Shown here: one piece after another, positions 8,589 through 18,664 of the stretch
Numbering within the stretch: the stretch's first letter is position 1
Layout of the letters: every line of letters starts with the position of its first letter
NCBI GenBank assembly: GCA_965219455.1
Contig: OZ244744.1
Span: 704,001 to 768,000 of the forward strand
Direction of reading: 5' to 3'
DNA length: 64,000 nt
Source: Candidatus Latescibacterota bacterium
GTDB lineage: Bacteria > Latescibacterota > UBA2968 > GCA-2709665
Position numbers and translations under genes: made by a program
Notes under the pieces: generated by a model
The model's input: the letters and a program-made list of their open reading frames with translations, nothing else
Databases searched by the model: none
Told to the model about the DNA's origin: nothing

Positions 8589-11500
8589 TCAACGCCGCCA
8601 CGAGGCCGCATCCGGGATGCCGTGGCTGGTCAGGACCTCCAGTTCCGGTTCCGTCAGCCCGAGGGTGGCGGCAGGCCGCTTCGCCGCCGCCTCAGGCCAG
8701 TCCCGCAGGATGCCCCGAACGTCTCCAGTGGCGCGGTCCAGCAGGAGCGTGGCAGAGGGGTCCTCCCGGCCGTCCAGTATGGAAACGCCCTCGGGGCCCG
8801 AAAGCGCAATGCGCGCCAGCCTGCCGGGCCATTCTTCGTGTACCGGAAGTATGAAGGCGAAAGAGCCGCCCTTTGCGCCGCACCCGTACTCGGGCATGCC
8901 GAAAGGCAGGCTGAACAGGTTGTTGCCTCGGTCATCCTCGCCCGTGATCGTGTACGGACCGTCTATCCGCGCCAGGGAAGGCGTCGCGCTGACCACGAAA
9001 GCCGGTTCGAGAAAGAGTTCGTTGTTCTCGTTCAGACCACCCCAGACCAGCAGGCTTTTCGTGGCCGGGGCTTTGGCCGCCGCCAGCGGCGCGCCCTCGC
9101 CTCGAGCGCGGTGGGCAAGCGCCCTGGCAAACGAGTAATCGCTTATCCATTGGGGATCGCAGTACGTCATCAGATCGGACGTTGCGGGGCTCACCACCGA
9201 TTCGTTGAGGAAATCGTATCCCCACGCGCCGATGGCGCCGTCCTCGTAGGGATATTCCGGATCCGGACCGGCCGGGCCGCATCCCGGGGCGTGCGCCAGA
9301 TTGAGGTTGTGGCCGAGTTCGTGCGCAATGACGTTCCCGTCGAGGATGGAAAGACTTACAAATCCAGGCAATCTGGCTATTCCTCGCAGACCGCTTCGGC
9401 CCACGCTTCTGAAGATCGCCATATAATGGCCTTTCGCGCCTTCCATGGCGTAAATCAGGTCGGTTTCGGGCCCTAACTGTTGAGTGCTGTCGGAGGTGGG
9501 ATCCACGGAAGTCATTACCGGCTCATGAACCTTCAGTCGGAACTCGCGCACCGGCAGAATATCGCGGGTCAGCCGGAATAGATCGGATTCTGAGGACAGA
9601 CCCTCCGTCTGTGTCAGCACGGAACGGTCCGGGTTCTCTTCCCACAGAAACGGTACCAGCGTCAGATCAAAGGGCGGCACGGACCGCACGTGCAGCGTAT
9701 TGCGGCCACTCCGGGGGACGCGGGCGGCGATGCCCAGGGCCGCATCCAGGGTCTGGCCGGGGTCGATCTCGACCACCATCTCCAACCCCGGCGTCACAAC
9801 GGAGCCAGGCACCACCGCGTTGGCTGAATTCAACAGTGACGCCTCGTTGACCTGCCAGGGGATGCTCGTGGCCTGGCCCCCGATGTTCGCAGTGTGTACC
9901 TCGATCCCGTCCCTGTAGAAGGTCGCCCGCACGGGGGGCATGGTGGCATCGGCCTCTCTGTCCGCCGTGACGAACACGCGCAGCAGCGCTGGTTCGCCGG
10001 CAACCAGGGGCACGGGATATTCGAGCGACTGCGTCGCCTGCACCAGGTAGGCCGCTGCCTCGTCGGAACGGGCGCAGTTCGGCACGCGGGTGTATGAGAT
10101 TGCCCTCAACCAGTGCTGGAATCCGGCGTCCTGCGGTGAACACAGGAGTGTTTCCTGCAGTATCAATGTTTCAAGGGTGAGACCCGTAAGGGCGGCGGGC
10201 AGCGTGCCGGACAGGGCGCCGTTGAAGGCGAGGTTCAACGATGTGAGATTGGTGAGTTGTCCCAGTTCCGGCGGGATATTGCCTGTCAATTGGTTTGCAG
10301 ATAGATTCAGCTTCCGGAGATGGGTGAGTCGCCCCAGTTCCGGCGGGATATTGCCCGTCAACTGGTTTGTGGAGAGATACAGCTCCTGGAGGTCGGTGAG
10401 CTGTCCCAGATCCGGTGGGATGTTCCCGGTCAACTGGTTCTCGCGAAGGTTCAACCATTTGAGATTCGTGAGTCGTCCCAGTTCCGGCGGGATATTGCCT
10501 GTCAACTGGTTAGTGGTGACGTTCAACGATGTGAGTTTGGTGAGTTGACCGAGTTCCGTTGGGATGCTGCCCGTCAACTGGTTTGTGGATAGTCGCAGTC
10601 TTCTGAGGTTGGTGAGCCGCCCCATTTCCGGGGGTATCGCACCCGTTAGTGTGGTATTTATAATCAGTAACTCTTCGAGTTTCGTGAGTTGTCCCAGTTC
10701 CGCGGGTATGTTGCCGGTGAAGAAGTTATCGACAAGATACAGCTTTCTCAGATTGGTGAGTTGCCCCAGTTCCGGTGGAATTTCACCTGAGAGGTTATTG
10801 TACCATAGAACCAGGCTTTCCAAGTTTCTGAGTCCCCCCAGTTCCGAAGGGATCTCACCGTCCAGCGGGTTGCTATCAAGTACCAATGTTTTAAGGCTGG
10901 TGAGTCGCCCAAGTTCCGAGGGGATATTGCCACGCAACGGATTCGAGCTAAGGTTCAACACCGTGAGATTGGAGAGTTTCCACAGTTCGGCGGGTATCTC
11001 GCCTGTTAGCTTATTAGACGCGAGAATCAGGCTATCCAGATTGGCGAGCTGTCCCAGTTCGGGAGGAACGTTGCCCGATAACTCGTTTCCTGACAGATTC
11101 AGCCCTCTGAGATCGGAGAGTTGCCCGAGTTCCTTGGGTATGTTTCCGGTTAAGTGATTTGCGGACAGATCCAGTGTCGCGAGTCTGTTAAGCTGCTCGA
11201 GATCCACCGGGATCGTCCCTTGCAGGTTGTTCTCATTCAGTACCAATCCGGTCACGCGCCCGGCGGCGTCGGTGGTCACGCCGTGCCATGCGCCCAGGGG
11301 CGCGGTGCCCGTCCAGTTCGTCGCATTCTTCCAGTTACTCCCTTCCGTGCCCCTGTATAGGGCGACCAGGGAGTAATAGTCCGGGCGGACGTCGGCACAA
11401 CGGGCAACGTCGCTGTCCGGTATCCCGTTAAGCCACGTCTGGAATTCGGCAAGGGGGGGCGCGCAAAGCCGCGTACCGTCCAATTTCAGGGATTCGAGTC

Positions 11501-13036
11501 GCAGACGCGTGAGCCCCTTTTGCAATGGACCGGACAACGCGGCGTTGGAGGCGAGGTCCAGCGTCTTTAGGTAGGTCAATGCGCTTAGTGACAACGGAAG
11601 CAGCCCCTTCATGTTGTTGTCCCTCAGGTTCAAATCCGTCACGCGGCCGCTGTCATCGGTGGCGACGCCGAACCATTCCCCGAGGGGCGTCAGGGTCGAC
11701 CAGTTTTTTCTGTTCGTCCATTTCAGTCCGTTCGTCTGCCTGAAGAGCGCTATCAAAGCCTCCCGTTCCAGGTTAACGCAACGGGAAATTCCCTGTTTGT
11801 TCGGGACAATTTCGAGCCAGTCCTCGAATTCGGAGATCAGCGGCATACATACCCCCGTGCCACTCAAATAAAGATGATCCAACGCAAGCCTCGTGAATGA
11901 CTCGGGAATCGGGCCCGACAGGTTGGCGTTGCCCGTGAGAGCCAGTAGGGTAAGGCCGTCTAACTGTCCCAGTTCGGGCGGAATCGTCCCCGTCAACTGA
12001 TTATAACCGAGCCACAGCTCTACGAGTTTTGACAGATTGCCCAACTCAGAGGGTATCGTCCCCGTCAACTGGTTGCCTTCGAGGGTCAGATATTCCAACT
12101 TGGTGAGCTGTCCGAGTTCGGGCGGGATCTCGCCCTTCAACCCACAACGGGGAAGCCACAGCTGCCAGAGCCTGCTGAGTTTCGCAAGTTCGGATGGAAT
12201 CGTCCCCGTCAACTGATTATCCCCGAGCGCCAGAGATTCGAGTTTTGACAGACTGAGCAACTCAGAGGGTATCGTCCCCGTCAACTGATTGTCGCCAAGG
12301 GACAAATAGGTAAGATTGGATAACCGCCCCAGTTCCGCAGGAATCGTCCCCGTCAACTGATTATCCTCGAGCGCCAGAAATTCGAGTTTTGACAGATTGC
12401 CCAACTCAGAGGGTATCGTCCCCGTCAACTGGTTGTCGCCAAGGTACAACCTTCTGAGATTGGATAACCGCCCCAGTTCCGCAGGAATCTCACCTGACAA
12501 ACCGTTGCCCACACGGATACCATTTGATCCCTCGCCAACAGTGTCACCGCTGCTTGTTCTGACCGCGTAAATCTCCAACCTCGTCACCCGTCCGTTAGCG
12601 TCGGTGCTCACGCCGTACCATTCCCTCAGGGGTTTGTCGCTCAGCCAGTTCGTCTTGACCGCCAGTTCGCCCCATCCGTCGCGTTGTAGAATGCGACCAG
12701 TACTGCGCGGTCGTCAGCGGGTAACTCCTTGCCGAAGTTCTCAGCAAAGATCAGAAAGTCCGCAAACCCGATCTCGGCATCGCCGTTGAGATCAAACTGC
12801 GCGTCATATCCGACGTCACCCTGACTCAGGCCGAACTTTGCCGCAAACTTCACGAAGTCGCCAAAGCCAACCGTCCCGTCGCCGTCGAAGTCGGGAAGAG
12901 ACGAGCCGTTGTCCTCGACCGTGATGGCTTGCGTTGTCGCGCGGTCATCGTCTGTACCGGAACCGAAAGCCACGTGACACACGACCGCCAGGAACAGAAG
13001 GCCGGCACTGCACAGAGTTACAGTTCGCAATGGCAT
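8589..13036 (-). pseudogene. Secreted EF-hand/dockerin-like + LRR + metzincin (M66-like) protein, frameshifted near 12661
   Basis: 12641-13036 encodes signal peptide, EF-hand pair and the start of an LRR cap (LVAFYNATDGANW); the cap continues in another frame (VKTNWLSDKPLREWYGVSTDANGRV) into 8589-12611; 24-aa LxGxIPxELGxL repeats; HELGHNLNLAH and DLMTYC Met-turn. Confidence 0.88.
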
Positions 13037-13343
13037 TTTGTACTCTCCTGGTGATCGGTGTTGGCTGAACCCCTTTGACCCCTCAAGCAAAAAAACCTGG
13101 CCAGGGCATAATTCTTGTCTGCTCAGCTAATGGACAGTATTAATCCAAATGTACTACGTATCACTGACGCCAGTCAAGCCCGATAGTTTGTCTCAACGTT
13201 CGCTATTTGTCCCCGTTTCCACTATTTTGCGCCATGACCGCATTTGCCGCTGGGCGCGGCGCTCAATTGGGGACGAGACACGCCGGGGTCAGCCGGGTGA
13301 CGAATCTGAGTACAGCCTCCTGACCAACGTCAAGGAATATCCC

Positions 13344-13379
13344 TTGACTTATATGTATAATTTATGCATATTATAGCAT
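13344..13379 (+). promoter_or_regulatory. vapBC promoter/operator
   Basis: TTGACT-17 bp-CATATT with repeated ATG(C/T)ATA motifs directly upstream of vapB. Confidence 0.45.
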
Positions 13380-13577
13380 ATGAGAACGACGCTCAATATA
13401 GACGATGCCCTGCTGAACCAGGCATCCGCTTTAACCGGTATCAAACAGAAAACCGCCCTGGTCAGGCTTGGCCTCAAAGCCCTGATCGCCCGCGAGAGCA
13501 GCAAGAGGCTCGCGGAACTCGAAGGCACGGAAAAAAGCCTGCTGCCAGTCCAGAGGCGGCGTCCCGAAAACCCGTAG
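13380..13577 (+). CDS. vapB: VapB-family antitoxin
   Basis: MRTTLNIDDALL...KTALVRLGLKALIARES, immediately upstream of a PIN gene. Confidence 0.9.
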   Translation: MRTTLNIDDALLNQASALTGIKQKTALVRLGLKALIARESSKRLAELEGTEKSLLPVQRRRPENP

Positions 13578-13579
13578 CC

Positions 13580-13942
13580 ATGGTCCTTGTCGATACGCCA
13601 ATATGGTTCTCGTTCCTTCGCACAGGGAATAGACGATTGCGGGCGCTCCTGCGCGAAGCAAAGGTCGCATGCCATCCGTTGATCGTGGGAGAACTGGCCT
13701 GCGGGAAGTTGGACAACAAGACGGACTTTCTCACGTTGCTTCAAACGCTTCCGCAGGCGTCCACGGCCAGCCAGCGGGAAGTCCTGCATTTTATCGATCA
13801 CCATCAGCTATCCGGCGCGGGAATCGGCTTGATCGACGCGCACCTGATGGCTTCCGCCAGGTTGACGGACCTGCTGTTGTGGACTTCAGAGGGTAATTTG
13901 CGGGCGGCCGCCGGTCGACTGGGAATCGCTTACCGATATTGA
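13580..13942 (+). CDS. vapC: VapC PIN-domain toxin
   Basis: MVLVDTPIW...HPLIVGELACG...GIGLIDAHL...LWT; ATG 2 bp after the vapB stop. Confidence 0.9.
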   Translation: MVLVDTPIWFSFLRTGNRRLRALLREAKVACHPLIVGELACGKLDNKTDFLTLLQTLPQASTASQREVLHFIDHHQLSGAGIGLIDAHLMASARLTDLLLWTSEGNLRAAAGRLGIAYRY

Positions 13943-13985
13943 GGTCAGCGTCCGGAGCGCGTCATTTCTTTATCGAGAGGAGAAA

Positions 13986-14492
13986 GTGTCAATGATCAGA
14001 TACCTCGCCCCGGCACTGGCGGTGTTCTACCTGCTGAGTGCAGCCAACTCGGAAACACACGCCCAGATCGCCTTCCGCGCAGGCGGCGGACTCTATGTCG
14101 AAGACAAAGAACCCGGCTGGCACGGATCCATCATCCTGCCGTTCGGCAGCAAACCCGCCGGGGTGATGCTCGCCGGCGAGTACTACGAAAAAGATGGTGT
14201 GATTACCGTGCCGCTATCCATCAGGGGGCTCTACAAAATCCCCCTGGGAGGCAAGTTCCGCATTTACGGCGGCGGCGGAAGCGGTCTGATATACACGAAA
14301 GAGGAATCGGATACCGAACTCATCGACCTGTCGTCCACGAAATTGCTTTTTACCGCCGTGGCGGGTGTGAACATCAAATGGCTGGGTCCGTTTAGATTCT
14401 TTGTAGAAACCACCATGGACCGGGGCGTAGCCGACGACGGGGAAAACAAATACGGTGCAAAGGCCGGCATCTCTCTCACGCTCATCGACTGA
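13986..14492 (+). CDS. Outer-membrane beta-barrel protein (OmpA/OmpW-like)
   Basis: Signal peptide, alternating hydrophobic strands, IYGGGGSG, terminal AKAGISL; GAGGAG RBS. Confidence 0.7.
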   Translation: MSMIRYLAPALAVFYLLSAANSETHAQIAFRAGGGLYVEDKEPGWHGSIILPFGSKPAGVMLAGEYYEKDGVITVPLSIRGLYKIPLGGKFRIYGGGGSGLIYTKEESDTELIDLSSTKLLFTAVAGVNIKWLGPFRFFVETTMDRGVADDGENKYGAKAGISLTLID

Positions 14493-14604
14493 GAGGCGGC
14501 ACCTTTCGAGAATGGCGATTCGTCCGAATTATTACGTAATTATTTACGTATTATAATATATATTTTATATTTAAATTACTTTATATGACGGCAGACATGC
14601 TCCA

Positions 14605-14874
14605 TTGTCAACCGTCGGTCAGGCTTCTATCCCAATTCGTCCGATGCTGAAATTTCAACTCCATATTCTCATGGCCGAAAAGGGTCCTGACAGGCCTTAC
14701 AGGATCTCGGAAATCGCCAGGTTGACGGGGCTTCAGGCCAACACCGTATCCGCCATCTTCAACAACCGGGCCAGACGGATCGATCTGGCCACCATCGAAT
14801 CTCTCTGCCAGGCGCTGGATTGCACGCCCGGCGATCTCTTCCAATACAAACCGGAACCAGACGCAACTGACTGA
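14605..14874 (+). CDS. XRE/Cro-C1 (HTH_26-like) regulator; start may be ATG 14644
   Basis: ISEIARLTGLQANTVSAIFNN...IDLATIESLCQALDCTPGDLFQY. Confidence 0.85.
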   Translation: MSTVGQASIPIRPMLKFQLHILMAEKGPDRPYRISEIARLTGLQANTVSAIFNNRARRIDLATIESLCQALDCTPGDLFQYKPEPDATD

Positions 14875-14901
14875 ATCCCCACCACAAGGAGACGTGCCAC
14901 C

Positions 14902-16044
14902 ATGAAAATTACCGCGGTCAAGACCTTTCTCGTCACTTACAGCAACCGTCCGAGGGCGCTCATCAAGGTGGAAACCGACGAGGGCCTCTACGGATGGGGC
15001 GAAGCCTATTCCGTCGGGCCTGACCTCTCCATCGAACCCATTGTTAACTACGTCGCCACGTGGTTCGTGGGTGAAGATCCCCGCCGAATCGAATACCTGA
15101 TGATGAAGACCCACCAGCAGTTCCGTTTTCCCGCGGGCGGCACCGGCCTGGCCGCCATATCCGGCATCGAACACGCGCTGTGGGACATCAGCGGCAAAGC
15201 AGCCAACGTACCCGTCTACATGCTTCTGGGCGGCAACCTGCGAGACCGCGTCTGGGTCTACCAGAGCTGCGGCGGGCCGACAGGAGCAGCCGCGGCTGAG
15301 GGGGCGCAACGGTTGAATGCCAAATGGGGGTTTACGGCGTTCAAGACCAGTCCCTTCCTGTTGAATCCCGACGCCAACCGATGGGGACGGGTATGCGCAG
15401 CAGCAGCCGAATACTTCGAAGACCTGCGAAAGCATACGCCCGACGACTGGGAATTCGCGTTCGATCCGCACGCCAAGATCTTCGAACCCGTCAGAGCCCT
15501 GCAACTCGCCAATGCCTTGGCCCCCTACGATCCCCTGTTCTACGAAGAGCCCCTCAGACCGGAACACATCCCCGCCTGGGAACAGTTGCGCAGCCAGATG
15601 CTGGTGCCGCTGGCAACAGGGGAATCCCTGTACGCACGCTTTGAATTCCTGAATCTCATCGCCGCAAGGGCAGCCGACATCATCCAGCCCGACGTCTGCG
15701 TATGCGGGGGCCTCCTCGAAATGCGAAAAATCGCCGCTATCGCCGAAGCCCATTACGTCACCATCGCGCCGCACAACCCGATGGGGCCGATCGCAACGGC
15801 GGTCAACGTGCACTTCGCCGCCGCAACGCATAACTTCAAGATCCTGGAATACGTCATCCCCGTGGGCTCTCGATGGATGGAGTACGTCCCGGACCCCTAC
15901 CTGCCGGTCGACGGATACCTGGAACTCAGAGACCGACCGGGCCTGGGCATCGAGGTAAACGAAGACGCGCTTACCGATGAAGAGGTCCCCCACTGGCAGC
16001 GCACGGCGCCCGTCCGACCCGACGGCTCCACGGGATATATATAA
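14902..16044 (+). CDS. Mandelate racemase/galactonate dehydratase-like enolase-superfamily enzyme
   Basis: MKITAVKT, ETDEGLYGWGE, ALWDISGK, EEP, ATGE, IIQPD, APHNPMGP. Confidence 0.92.
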   Translation: MKITAVKTFLVTYSNRPRALIKVETDEGLYGWGEAYSVGPDLSIEPIVNYVATWFVGEDPRRIEYLMMKTHQQFRFPAGGTGLAAISGIEHALWDISGKAANVPVYMLLGGNLRDRVWVYQSCGGPTGAAAAEGAQRLNAKWGFTAFKTSPFLLNPDANRWGRVCAAAAEYFEDLRKHTPDDWEFAFDPHAKIFEPVRALQLANALAPYDPLFYEEPLRPEHIPAWEQLRSQMLVPLATGESLYARFEFLNLIAARAADIIQPDVCVCGGLLEMRKIAAIAEAHYVTIAPHNPMGPIATAVNVHFAAATHNFKILEYVIPVGSRWMEYVPDPYLPVDGYLELRDRPGLGIEVNEDALTDEEVPHWQRTAPVRPDGSTGYI

Positions 16045-16130
16045 AATCAGCCATCAGCGTACAGCTGTCAGCTTAAACCGGTTAGCGATAAGGCCTTGCG
16101 ATATCAACAAGCATTTTGTGCGCCACGACG

Positions 16131-16157
16131 AGGGCAACCACGAGGGTTGCCCCTACA
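16131..16157 (-). repeat. REP-like palindrome GTAGGGGCAACCCTCGTGGTTGCCCT
   Basis: One-mismatch copy at 30773-30798 in opposite orientation; GTAG-led hairpin. Confidence 0.7.
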
Positions 16158-16382
16158 AGACCAGCGACGTCGCGAAAGGTTTTGTGGCCCCTCGCTATTC
16201 GCCTTTCCCTCCATCTAAGCCAAGGCCACTCTGCCGAAATCCCTTGCAATTGCCTTAGGCAGGTGGTACCATCAACGTCGTAGTTTAGCAGTCCGTTGAT
16301 AGGCCTTTCGTTCACCGTATCAGCCGGGCGTCGAGAATTGGACGTCCCCGGGCGCCTGCCAACTGCATTTGGAGTGACTGAA

Positions 16383-17564
16383 TTGTCCAACCTGCACACC
16401 ACGCTGTGGGCCTACCCGTGGGACCTGGCCGACGGCGAGCCACAAGCCATCGCAACACGGCTCAGGGACGAAATCGGCCTGGACGGAATCAGCCTGGCCT
16501 CGGCGTACCACACCTTTGAAATGCTGCGCCCCCATTCACCGGACAAGGTGCTCCTCCAGATCCCGCAAGCCGCCGTCTATTTCCAGCCCGACGCGGTCCT
16601 GTATGCCGACACGCCCATACAGCCCCACGTCAGCCCGCTGATGGGCGACGACAATTGGTACGCGCATGCCGCCCGGGCCGCGGCCGGCGCCGGCCTGGAA
16701 CTCATCGCGTGGACGGTCTTTCTTCACAACTCCTACCAGGCCGGCCGCCATCCCGAATGCGCTGAAGTCACCTGCACCGGCGACGTCAGCACTTCCCGGC
16801 TCTGCCCGGCCAATCCGGGGGTCCGCGCCTTTGCCGCGGCGCTGGCCAAAGACCTGGCGACGAATTACGGAATCGCCCTCCTTGAATGCGAGTCCCTCTC
16901 TTACGGCGGATTCGGACATACCCACTACCACGTCAAACACGGCGTCGATCTGGGGCGGGGCGGCCGTATGCTACTCTCCCTCTGCTTCTGCGACGCCTGT
17001 CAAACGCAGGCGAAAGAGAAAGGCCTGGATCCGGGCGCCCTTTCACAGGCCGTGGAATCCAGGCTGCGCCAGACCCTGACATCGGGTATTGTCCCTGCGG
17101 AATCTCCCGAGGAGCTCATCGCCACGGTGCCGCAACTCGATCCATTCGTCCGGATGCGCGACGAGGGGGTCGCGAGCCTGCTGGAAGAGGTCAAGGCCGC
17201 CGCCGGGGTTCCTGTCTCTTTCATCTTTATGGGAGACCGGCACGGCGCTGGCATACACCGTTCACGCCTCGCGGAGATCGCGGATTATGCGGAAACGCTC
17301 GCCTATACACCCGACGCCGACCGCATTCAAGCGACCATCTCCGACATTGTACCCGACCTGAAGAACCCGCAGCAACTCGTGGTCGGCCTTCAGGCCTACC
17401 CTCCCGCTTCCCCGGACGTCGAGACACTCGGGGCAGGCGTCGAGCGCGCGCTGGGCCTGGGCATCCGTCGCTTTTCGTTCTACAATTACGGCATTATGCC
17501 GGAAGCCAATCTGGCCTGGATCAGACAGTGTATCGGCGATGCCCGCCGTGCGTGCGCTTCGTGA
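16383..17564 (+). CDS. Uncharacterised glycoside-hydrolase-like TIM-barrel protein
   Basis: LWAYPWDL...LASAYH...AWTVFLHN...LCPANP...CFCDAC...FYNYG; start uncertain (TTG 16383 after GGAG). Confidence 0.65.
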   Translation: MSNLHTTLWAYPWDLADGEPQAIATRLRDEIGLDGISLASAYHTFEMLRPHSPDKVLLQIPQAAVYFQPDAVLYADTPIQPHVSPLMGDDNWYAHAARAAAGAGLELIAWTVFLHNSYQAGRHPECAEVTCTGDVSTSRLCPANPGVRAFAAALAKDLATNYGIALLECESLSYGGFGHTHYHVKHGVDLGRGGRMLLSLCFCDACQTQAKEKGLDPGALSQAVESRLRQTLTSGIVPAESPEELIATVPQLDPFVRMRDEGVASLLEEVKAAAGVPVSFIFMGDRHGAGIHRSRLAEIADYAETLAYTPDADRIQATISDIVPDLKNPQQLVVGLQAYPPASPDVETLGAGVERALGLGIRRFSFYNYGIMPEANLAWIRQCIGDARRACAS

Positions 17565-17572
17565 CGGTCGCA

Positions 17573-18661
17573 ATGGAAACGCTGGCATTCGCCTCATCTC
17601 TCCTTTGCCTGGTCTATGTAATCGTCGCGGGCGCCATCCGCAGCGGCCTGGGTCAATTGTCGGCGGGCCGGAACGCCGAAAGCCCCGACGTCACGGTCGT
17701 CGTTCCGGCCCGCAACGAAGCGCATCACATCGAAGCGTGCCTCGCGGCCCTTGCCGAACAGACCTATCCGGGCGAACACACCGAAGTCATCGTCGTCGAC
17801 GACCGGTCAACCGACGACACGGCCTGCCGGGCGCTTGCGTGGACGCATCGGGTCCCCGGTCTCAAAGTCGTGCGCGCAGCCGGCGGGCCGTTCGCCTGCG
17901 CGAAAAAAAACGCCCTGCACCTGGGCATCCACTCCGGCGCCGGTGAAATCATCCTCACCACCGATGCCGACTGCATCCCCTCCCCAGACTGGATCACTTC
18001 CACCGTCCGCGCCTTCGATCCTGATGTCGGCATGGTCGCCGGGTACGCGCCTCTGATCCCGCAAAGTGGGCTCCTATCCCGACTGCTTGCCCTGCAGAGC
18101 CTTGTGGTTTCCGCACTTGCAGCAGGCAGCATGGGTCTGGGTTTTCCGCTGACCTGTTCCGGGCGGAATCTGGCCTACCGCAGGTCGGCCTTCCTCGATG
18201 CCGGCGGTTTCGAACCCATCGGTCATATCCGCGGCGGGGACGACGTCCTGCTGATGCGGCGCATCGCCTCCGGGACCGCCTGGCGCATTCGATTCAATCC
18301 GTACGCCAGCGTGGGTTCATACCCGCACACCGACGGCCTTTACCGCCGCCAGACGCGCTACCAGTCCAAAACCGTTTACTACGGAAATTCGGTCTTGCCT
18401 GTCGCTTTAAGTATATATATATTCCACTTGATTCTTGCCGCCGGGCCCCTTCTGGCCTGGCAGCAGCCGGCGTTCCGGTTCTCCTTCGGCCTGATGGCCA
18501 CGGCAAAAATACTCGCCGACTGGCTGCTTCTGTACGGAGCGGCCCGCCTTTTCAACGCACGCCAACTCCTGAAACTGTTTCCAATCCTGGAATTGCTCGC
18601 CGTGCCCTATATCGTCGTATTCTGCGCCGTGGGCGCGCTGACCCCCTCCCGCTGGAAATAA
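17573..18661 (+). CDS. Family 2 glycosyltransferase with TM helices
   Basis: VVVPARNE, DDRSTD, KKNAL, TTDADC, GGDD, RQTRY; ATG 17573 is the likely start within the longer ORF. Confidence 0.9.
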   Translation: METLAFASSLLCLVYVIVAGAIRSGLGQLSAGRNAESPDVTVVVPARNEAHHIEACLAALAEQTYPGEHTEVIVVDDRSTDDTACRALAWTHRVPGLKVVRAAGGPFACAKKNALHLGIHSGAGEIILTTDADCIPSPDWITSTVRAFDPDVGMVAGYAPLIPQSGLLSRLLALQSLVVSALAAGSMGLGFPLTCSGRNLAYRRSAFLDAGGFEPIGHIRGGDDVLLMRRIASGTAWRIRFNPYASVGSYPHTDGLYRRQTRYQSKTVYYGNSVLPVALSIYIFHLILAAGPLLAWQQPAFRFSFGLMATAKILADWLLLYGAARLFNARQLLKLFPILELLAVPYIVVFCAVGALTPSRWK

Positions 18662-18664
18662 ACA

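Noticed and set aside
440-12480. Regular DNA repeats as a CRISPR array or DGR target
   Set aside because: Periods (about 129 and 72 bp) are codon multiples inside YWTD and LRR coding regions; no unique spacers, cas genes or reverse transcriptase are in the window
14608-15993. 461-aa minus-strand ORF and other long antisense ORFs (3894-5225, 24589-25947, 40515-41897)
   Set aside because: Shadow frames of well-supported genes in GC-rich DNA, with no recognisable motifs
16886-17572. Long N-terminal extension of the first GT2
   Set aside because: Overlaps the upstream gene in another frame and is Arg/Pro-rich; ATG 17573 fits better
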